The notes under the pieces are model-generated. The model ran no database searches. It saw only the letters and a program-made list of their open reading frames with translations, and was not told where the DNA came from. The translations under genes and the position numbers were made by a program. DNA of 64,000 nucleotides from an uncultured virus (IMG/VR IMGVR_UViG_3300030451_004121) (taxonomy: Duplodnaviria; Heunggongvirae; Uroviricota; Caudoviricetes; Crassvirales), in IMG/VR virus record IMGVR_UViG_3300030451_004121, positions 1-64,000 of that record, one strand, 5' to 3'. Below are positions 57,930-64,000 of the stretch, one piece after another (within the stretch, counting starts at the first letter, position 1; each line of letters starts with the position of its first letter).

Positions 57930-58246
57930 TGTCGTTTAAAATGAAAGGGTGGAGCCCGTTTACTAAAAAACAAAAACCAAAAGATAGAGATGGGGAGGTT
58001 TATGTTGGTGATAAAAAGTTTTCAGATAAACCAATGTACGAAGGACAAAAGCCATCTACACATTTAATGGCTTATGGTGAGTCTGACGGTAAGTACGTGG
58101 CTTATCCTACTTTGTTTCAAGATGATGATGGTACGTGGCAACAACCAGACGATCCGTTTAGAGAAGCTATAAAAAAGAAAGAAATATACCAATTTGATAC
58201 AGAGCAAGAGGCGAAAGACTTTGCTGATGGTAGTTGGAAAAAATAA
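57929..58246 (+). CDS. Protein with MSFKMKGWSPF leader
   Basis: Leader nearly identical to that of 12035..12229; bodies unrelated. Confidence 0.8.
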   Translation: MSFKMKGWSPFTKKQKPKDRDGEVYVGDKKFSDKPMYEGQKPSTHLMAYGESDGKYVAYPTLFQDDDGTWQQPDDPFREAIKKKEIYQFDTEQEAKDFADGSWKK

Positions 58247-58251
58247 ATAAT

Positions 58252-58746
58252 ATGGAAAGAATAAGTAAACACATAAGTTGGAAAGAAGGAACTTATAGTA
58301 GAACTGGTGAAAGATTAAATTTAGATAACACTCCTAATGAAGAGCAAATTAAATGCATGAAAGAGGTTGCTGAAAATTTATTTGAACCATTGAGAGAATG
58401 GGTTGGTGGACCAATAAAAATAAATAGCTTTTTTAGAGGCGAGCCTGTAAACACTGCTATCGGTGGTGAAAAACGTTCACAACACATGAAGGGTCAAGCC
58501 ATAGATATGGACGATACTTTTGGACACAAGACAAACGCAGAGATGTATCATTACATAAAAGATAATTTAGACTTCGACCAAATGGTATGGGAGTTTGGAA
58601 CTGAATATCCTGATGGTAATCCTAACTGGGTTCATATTAGCTGGGTATCACATAGACCTAATAGAAAACAAGAAGTTATTGCTATTAAAAAAAATGGCAG
58701 AACTAGATATATAAAAGATATTGAAGAATATTTAAAGAATAAATAA
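58252..58746 (+). CDS. Endolysin, Peptidase M15A family (likely start 58252)
   Basis: INSFFR, SQHMKGQAID, WVHIS zinc-ligand motifs. Confidence 0.9.
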   Translation: MERISKHISWKEGTYSRTGERLNLDNTPNEEQIKCMKEVAENLFEPLREWVGGPIKINSFFRGEPVNTAIGGEKRSQHMKGQAIDMDDTFGHKTNAEMYHYIKDNLDFDQMVWEFGTEYPDGNPNWVHISWVSHRPNRKQEVIAIKKNGRTRYIKDIEEYLKNK

Positions 58747-58785
58747 CTATATAGTAAAAACAATTAATTAATTAAAAAAAAGAAA

Positions 58786-59187
58786 ATGGCGACAACAACA
58801 GCAACAATAACATTGAGTAGTTCAGACCTAACAAACAATAGTTTGTCTTTGTCTACTACAGCAACATTAACTAAAGCAGGTACTGATACTGGTTTAGATC
58901 AAACTAGTGGTCTTGGTAGAAAAAAATTAGTATCAGGACACGCAGAGTATACTTTATTTGACGGAGACGCTTATGCAAATGGCTCTCATAAAGTTTACTT
59001 AAAAAATACTTCAACTAATAACGCAGAGTATTTTATTGTAACAATAAACTCTGAGCAAATGGGTAAACTATATGCTGGTGACTGGGCGTTTTTTCCTTGG
59101 GAAGCAAACGCAGACACTAATGATATAAAAATAGATCCTAGCGCAGATGGTATGACATTAGAATACATGCTTTTAATAGAAGAGTAA
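58786..59187 (+). CDS. Putative structural protein
   Basis: Thr-rich N-terminus; LYAGDWAFFPW. Confidence 0.7.
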   Translation: MATTTATITLSSSDLTNNSLSLSTTATLTKAGTDTGLDQTSGLGRKKLVSGHAEYTLFDGDAYANGSHKVYLKNTSTNNAEYFIVTINSEQMGKLYAGDWAFFPWEANADTNDIKIDPSADGMTLEYMLLIEE

Positions 59188-59195
59188 GATACTAA

Positions 59196-59525
59196 ATGGC
59201 ACTGATACCTTATCACAACATAGTAGGTAGTACAACTAGAGAAAATGAATTAATAGGAGTTGGAGATATTAGAAGCAATTTGAGAAGTATACATCTCAAC
59301 AATGTTAATAATTCTTCAGCTGCTACTATAGATTTATACTTATACAAACCCTCTACAGATACTTCCGCAGAAGAATCTTACTTTATATTAAAAAGTTATA
59401 GTTTAACTGCTGCGAGATATTTGACTATAGATGATTTAGGTTTATTAAGTTTTGATAACTCTACTTACGCACTGTTTATATCTGTGGGTGGATCAGACAC
59501 TGTAGATGTGTTTTTAAATAGATAA
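59196..59525 (+). CDS. Putative structural protein
   Basis: ORF track; last plus-strand gene. Confidence 0.7.
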   Translation: MALIPYHNIVGSTTRENELIGVGDIRSNLRSIHLNNVNNSSAATIDLYLYKPSTDTSAEESYFILKSYSLTAARYLTIDDLGLLSFDNSTYALFISVGGSDTVDVFLNR

Positions 59526-59550
59526 AAAAAAAGGGGCTCACGCCCCTTTT
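59524..59550. terminator. Bidirectional intrinsic terminator between convergent blocks
   Basis: A9-GGGGC-TCAC-GCCCC-TTTT. Confidence 0.88.
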
Positions 59551-59551
59551 A

Positions 59552-59752
59552 TTATATAGTAACAGAATTTTTTTGGTTCTGAACTTCGACCCTGACTTCT
59601 TGAGCTAAGTTTTTAACTATTTGCATTGTTTTTCTAACTCTTGTTCCAGCTGAGTTATTACCTTCTACAAACTTTTCAGCGTCAGTTTCTATATCACTAA
59701 GTTCTTCACCCATTTTTTGTATTAATTTTATTACCTTGTTTTCTCCGTACAT
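59552..59752 (-). CDS. Bacteroidota-type histone H1-like (Hc1 family) small protein
   Basis: DAEKFVEGNNSAGTRVRKTMQ..K.LAQEVR pattern. Confidence 0.7.
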   Translation of the reverse strand: MYGENKVIKLIQKMGEELSDIETDAEKFVEGNNSAGTRVRKTMQIVKNLAQEVRVEVQNQKNSVTI

Positions 59753-59767
59753 TTAATTTAATTTAAG

Positions 59768-61572
59768 TTATAGGCTTGTTACTTCACAAGATCCACCGGC
59801 ACAAGCCAATTCACCTGATAGATCTGTATTATCATTTAACTCTACTACTTTAGTTAAGTCTATATCCTGAAGTAGTTTTGTCATTTCATCATATTTAGCT
59901 TTAGTTATATCCTCAAATGGAGCTTGAGTATACGTACCACCATCGTAAGGCAAAACAGACAAACCATTGTAGTTGTTTCTGTTTTCCCACATCCACTCAC
60001 CAGCCTTTTCCCACTCTTTATCTTTCAAACTAATCGTAGCTGAAACGTTGTGTGTATTACTACCAGACTTATGCCCTGTTGCAACCCACTCTGTAGCTAC
60101 TTTTTTAACACGTTCTAATAAATCAAAAGCAGACTCTGTTCTTACGATAGAACCTTTAGGCGCTGCTTGTGGTATCTCTATAACAGCGGTGTCATGAGGT
60201 CTAAAGTATTCGTCTTGTATTAACTGCGGATGGTGTATAGCAAGATAGTTGTATATAGCTTCATTTTTACCCACACGCATTCTACGGATATAATACTTGT
60301 TATGCCATGCATGAATACCCGAAGACGTACCGAGTACCAGAGATGTCGTCCCTGCAGGTTTAACGCACGTTGTACGAGCCGCGGGATTAATACCAATAGT
60401 CTTAGATACTATTCTATTCATTAATTTAACTTGATCTGCAGCTTGGTTTAAATCAAGATTTAAAACTTTACCGCTACCAATACCTGTCATTGACACACCG
60501 ATCAATGCATCTCTTTCAGTTGTTTCTTGCCAAACTTCTCTAAGATAATGAAACTCTGTATAACCAGCCTGTAACGTACCTATAAAAGCAGCCGCGGCAA
60601 CTCTATCGTTTAATTCCTCTTGTGTATCTACGTCAGATACGTTTACTTCACATAAGTTACAAAACTGAAAAGGTCTCAATGCTATTTCACAACATGGATT
60701 AGTACCCCAGTCTTTATCGTTATTAAAATATATACCAGGTTCACCAGAACCAGATAACTCTATACGTTTCCATAGGTCCATAAAAAAGTCTTTAGTAATT
60801 TTATGTCTCATAAGCACCGCTGAGTTATTAGCTCTACCTCTTTGTGGATCTGTCTCCCACCATTGTCCTGATTTACAGGAAATCATTTCCTCATCATACG
60901 CTGAAAATAGCGATATAAGAGCTGCTCTACGTATACCGCCAGCGAGTACGGCATCAGCGATATGGCAAACAATATCATGAACTTCAATACTCTTAAGTTT
61001 TTCTCCGTCTTGTTTTGCATCTAATATACCTTTAATTTTTACTAAGCACTCTCTTAATGGTTGAGGCCCTGGTGCTTTACCACCTGATGTTACCAACCTG
61101 GCACCTTTAGGTCTTATGTCTGAGTAATCAAACTTTATTTTAGATGATCTTTTACCACCCATATAAGACTTAATTAATACTTTAATAGCATCAGACCAGC
61201 CTTCAATACTATCACCAATAACGAACCTACGCTTTCTAACTACGTGGGGTTTTATTATCTCTGGTAGTTTTTTAATGTTATGTAATTGTACTGAATAACC
61301 TACACCACAACCTGATAACAATAAAAACATAATCTCACTAAAAGCGTCAATATGATCAANNNNNNNNNNGACGGGAGGACTTTCTTTTCATATACATATT
61401 TATAATAAGTTTCTATATCATTTTTTAAACTCGGATATTTTCTTATGTGCATTTGTTTATTTCTATCAACTAGCTCTTCCCAAGTTTCTCTACGTTGTAG
61501 CTTGGGAATATATTTAGCGTACTTCATGTGCACTGTTATATCCGATAGTATTTTATTGTTTATTTCTTTCAT
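59768..61572 (-). CDS. nrdJ: Class II (B12-dependent) ribonucleoside-triphosphate reductase, interrupted by N gap 61360-61369
   Basis: RETWEE, LSGCGVGYS, GGIRRAA, TNPCCEI, TCVKPAGT, C-terminal ACAGGSCE. Confidence 0.93.
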
Positions 61573-61992
61573 TTATTAATTCTATTACTTTATCACATTC
61601 TTTTTGATTCTGGGGTTTATATAAAGTTACATGAGGTAAGTTTTCTTTTACATACTTTTTAAACATTTTCCAACGCATTGGAAAACTTTCGTTTGCTCTA
61701 CCCTTACATTCAATTATAAATGAGTCAGATACAAAGTCAGGTGTATATTTTATATTTAATATCTTTTTACAACCTCTATTAACCATATCACCCTTACCGT
61801 TACTCTGTCTTTCAAAACTCTCGTTATCAAACATAAAGCCTTCTTGTAAAACAAACGTTTGTCCTTCGTATATAGCTTTTATTTTAGCCTTCTTTAAAAC
61901 TTGGTACATATAACGTTCTAAACCACTTGCAAATGTANNNNNNNNNNCTTACTTCTGACAGGACCACGCTTACGTTTAAATTTCTTCTTCAT
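61553..61992 (-). CDS. Phage endonuclease I-like (T7 gp3-type) resolvase; N-terminus crosses N gap 61938-61947
   Basis: FASGLE, YTPDF, IIECKG PD-(D/E)xK motifs; upstream MKKKFKRKRGPVRSK before the gap. Confidence 0.8.
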
Positions 61993-62287
61993 CGTATTTA
62001 ATCTTGTCAATTAAAGCTTCTTCAGATAAATCTTGTAGCTCATCACGTGCGGCTTGTATGTATAGCACAGCGTCCATAAGCTCTTCTTGTATATCGTTTA
62101 AATACTTTTGAAGACCTTTCATTTTAAATCTACGTTCATCATCTAACGTTGAACCGTATTTAGCATAACCAACATCTGAACGTTTCACAAATTTATCAAC
62201 TACAGTTCTAACTACAGGGTCTCTAAATCCATATTCTTTTCTTGATGTGATACCATTTTTAGCATCATATATTTCTCTACTTGACAT
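61976..62287 (-). CDS. All-alpha NTP pyrophosphohydrolase-like protein
   Basis: GYAKYG...IQEELMDAVLY acidic helix motif. Confidence 0.55.
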   Translation of the reverse strand: MSSREIYDAKNGITSRKEYGFRDPVVRTVVDKFVKRSDVGYAKYGSTLDDERRFKMKGLQKYLNDIQEELMDAVLYIQAARDELQDLSEEALIDKIKYDEEEI

Positions 62288-62289
62288 AA

Positions 62290-63195
62290 TTAATCTTTTT
62301 TAAATGTTCCGTTTTCCATTTTACCAGTTCTATCTTTAATCTCAAAGTAAGCTTGTTCGATGCAACCTTCTATTGATTCACCTAGTAATTCAGCTAAGTT
62401 AGTCAGCACAACAACACAATCACCAATACCGTCAATTGCTTCCATATCGTTACCTTTTAATATAGCTCTACAAGTTTCACCAACCTCTTCAACAAGTTTT
62501 AATGCTTGAGTTTTAGGATCGCCTTTGTCATACAGACCTCTTTTATCAGCCCACTCTCTAATTAATTCAAACATACTAACTTCTGAACAACTTTCATCAC
62601 AGTACTTTTGTTGTCTAATACCTGTAGGTGCTAGACCACCAGTTAATGTACCATTTCTTTTTTGTTCAACTTTATTCATTTGCTTAGCATTATCTAGTTC
62701 GTGATGACCATAAACATCGTGATTATCAAACCATCTAGCAAAGGCTTTATTATATACGTAGCATCTGTCGTTTGTAAATTGAGATGATTTAACGTTATCC
62801 ATTATCCAATCAATAGATTTTTTAGTAATTCCAACTGGACCACTGTCCGTTTCCCATTGCATACCTATTTGGTCCATAAGTTGCCCTTTTAGTTTATTGA
62901 CTGGACAAGGGAATGTCGTAGTCATTTCTGTTACATTTATTCTCATATTATTTATTCTTATTTGGTTTACTGGTTTATATAAATCTTTGTAAAGTTTTCT
63001 ATCAACTCTATAACCCAAGGCTTTTTGTAAAGCTACTTCTCTTTGTGATACCAAATCAATATCTGTAGTAGACATTATAACTTGATATTCATCTTTATTA
63101 TAACCTTGTTGATGTTCAACTCTTTCTTCAAGATCTGTCGTTACCCCTATTTTCTTACCCGGGATATGGTATAAGTAATACATTTTATCTGTCAT
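62290..63195 (-). CDS. Fusion protein: GIY-YIG-like N-terminus plus C-terminal MazG-like pyrophosphohydrolase
   Basis: YYLYHIPGKKIGVTTDLEERV; KLVEEVGE...DGIGD...AYFEIKDRTG. Confidence 0.75.
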   Translation of the reverse strand: MTDKMYYLYHIPGKKIGVTTDLEERVEHQQGYNKDEYQVIMSTTDIDLVSQREVALQKALGYRVDRKLYKDLYKPVNQIRINNMRINVTEMTTTFPCPVNKLKGQLMDQIGMQWETDSGPVGITKKSIDWIMDNVKSSQFTNDRCYVYNKAFARWFDNHDVYGHHELDNAKQMNKVEQKRNGTLTGGLAPTGIRQQKYCDESCSEVSMFELIREWADKRGLYDKGDPKTQALKLVEEVGETCRAILKGNDMEAIDGIGDCVVVLTNLAELLGESIEGCIEQAYFEIKDRTGKMENGTFKKD

Positions 63196-63845
63196 ATTTT
63201 GTCATTATATAGATGCATATTATGCGCGAAATGATAATATATACCTGGTTCAATATTTAATTCATCAGAGACCATCTTTTGCAGCTTAGAGAAACAGTAT
63301 TGGTCGTTACAAAAACCATACCACAAATCGTTGCTACGCATTGTTACACACATATCAAGTCTACCATGTAGTATTGTAAACTGAATAGCGTAAGTACAAG
63401 GCGTATCTCTTTCGTACTTAGGGTGCTCTTTACAGTCGTATATAGATATTGCAGCTTGCCTAGTTTCTTTGTTGTTTTTAAGCTTGTCAATAACATAATC
63501 TATTTGACTGATATTATTCCAACAGGTTCTTTGCCATTGTTGGCCATAATTAGAGTTAACATAACCGTGGTCATCAGCCATACGTTTCCATATTTCAGGA
63601 ACTTTACCATATATTTCACCTAGCTTTTCAATATTGTTATCACCAGACAAATACCACTGCCATTCAGCTTCAGCATAATCTTCTTTCCAGTTACGTTCTC
63701 TGTTTATTATCTTGTTGTCTTGTGAGTCTGTAATATACACGCCGACATTAAACAGAGCTTTAGTGCCTGCAAAGTCTACGCCATCTTGTATTATTCTATC
63801 ATGTAGATATTCATAAGCATCATTTGCTGTTCTAAATTTATGCAT
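63192..63845 (-). CDS. Thymidylate synthase family enzyme, probably dCMP hydroxymethylase/methylase type
   Basis: TRQA, DTPCT catalytic Cys, MRSNDLWYGFCND, HNMHLY. Confidence 0.85.
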   Translation of the reverse strand: MHKFRTANDAYEYLHDRIIQDGVDFAGTKALFNVGVYITDSQDNKIINRERNWKEDYAEAEWQWYLSGDNNIEKLGEIYGKVPEIWKRMADDHGYVNSNYGQQWQRTCWNNISQIDYVIDKLKNNKETRQAAISIYDCKEHPKYERDTPCTYAIQFTILHGRLDMCVTMRSNDLWYGFCNDQYCFSKLQKMVSDELNIEPGIYYHFAHNMHLYNDKI

Positions 63846-63999
63846 AGTATTCTCCTTTATATTTAATATAATAAGTTAAGTCTTTTATAGTAAATTCACT
63901 TACACCAGGTACGACTTTATAATACACGGTTTTAAATTCTTTATTTGTTCCCGGGTAATATGTTAATTGTATTGTGTTGTTATTTATTTGTTTTATTGT
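63838..63999 (-). CDS. Hypothetical protein, C-terminal fragment (...KDLTYYIKYKGEYYA)
   Basis: Open frame from the window edge; stop overlaps the ATG of the next gene. Confidence 0.55.
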   Translation of the reverse strand, partial: TIKQINNNTIQLTYYPGTNKEFKTVYYKVVPGVSEFTIKDLTYYIKYKGEYYA

Positions 64000-64000
64000 A

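Noticed and set aside
9179..58487. Numerous minus-strand ORFs within the plus-strand block
   Set aside because: Antisense shadows of long genes (Ser/Phe/Leu-rich mirrors of Lys/Glu codons) with no motifs
61360..61947. Apparent split nrdJ (intron or frameshift) and truncated endonuclease
   Set aside because: Both breaks coincide with 10-N gaps (61360-61369, 61938-61947)
1..64000. Alternative genetic code, tRNA genes, integrase
   Set aside because: Genes tile densely under the standard code with all three stops used; no cloverleaf or recombinase motif was seen in this window

Overview
The window is most of the genome of an AT-rich tailed dsDNA phage (Caudoviricetes, podovirus-type layout). 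The host is probably a marine Bacteroidota/Flavobacteriia bacterium: translation starts are A-rich without Shine-Dalgarno, and the phage carries an Hc1-like gene and a T9SS-type cargo gene. There are three blocks. (1) Minus strand 1-8064: small early genes, DNA ligase, a DenV-like glycosylase and an NT5C-like nucleotidase. (2) Plus strand 8403-59525: many small Lys-rich proteins, GroEL/GroES, holin, terminase, portal, scaffold, major capsid, tail proteins, a 4044-aa multidomain virion protein, a cell-envelope cassette and an M15 endolysin. (3) Minus strand 59552-64000: class II RNR, endonuclease I, MazG-like genes and a ThyA-family enzyme with the dCMP-type Asp. Three 10-N scaffold gaps split three genes. 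The most striking signal is a set of about 16 unrelated late proteins sharing an N-terminal M-x-[FY]-K-[ML] leader and/or S-P-x-K motifs, which also separate micro-domains; a co-encoded HExxH protease carries the same leader, suggesting a capsid-targeting/processing system. Other highlights: a complete type I hammerhead ribozyme at 7053-7104 (minus strand); a paired inverted-repeat operator at 417-462 and 8290-8336; five early and three late promoter-like motifs sharing an AATA-N13-RTAAT core; and a P-loop kinase nested inside a HAD phosphatase in the giant protein, whose domains are bounded by F-S-[KR] motifs. All family assignments are from motif recognition by eye; no searches were run.
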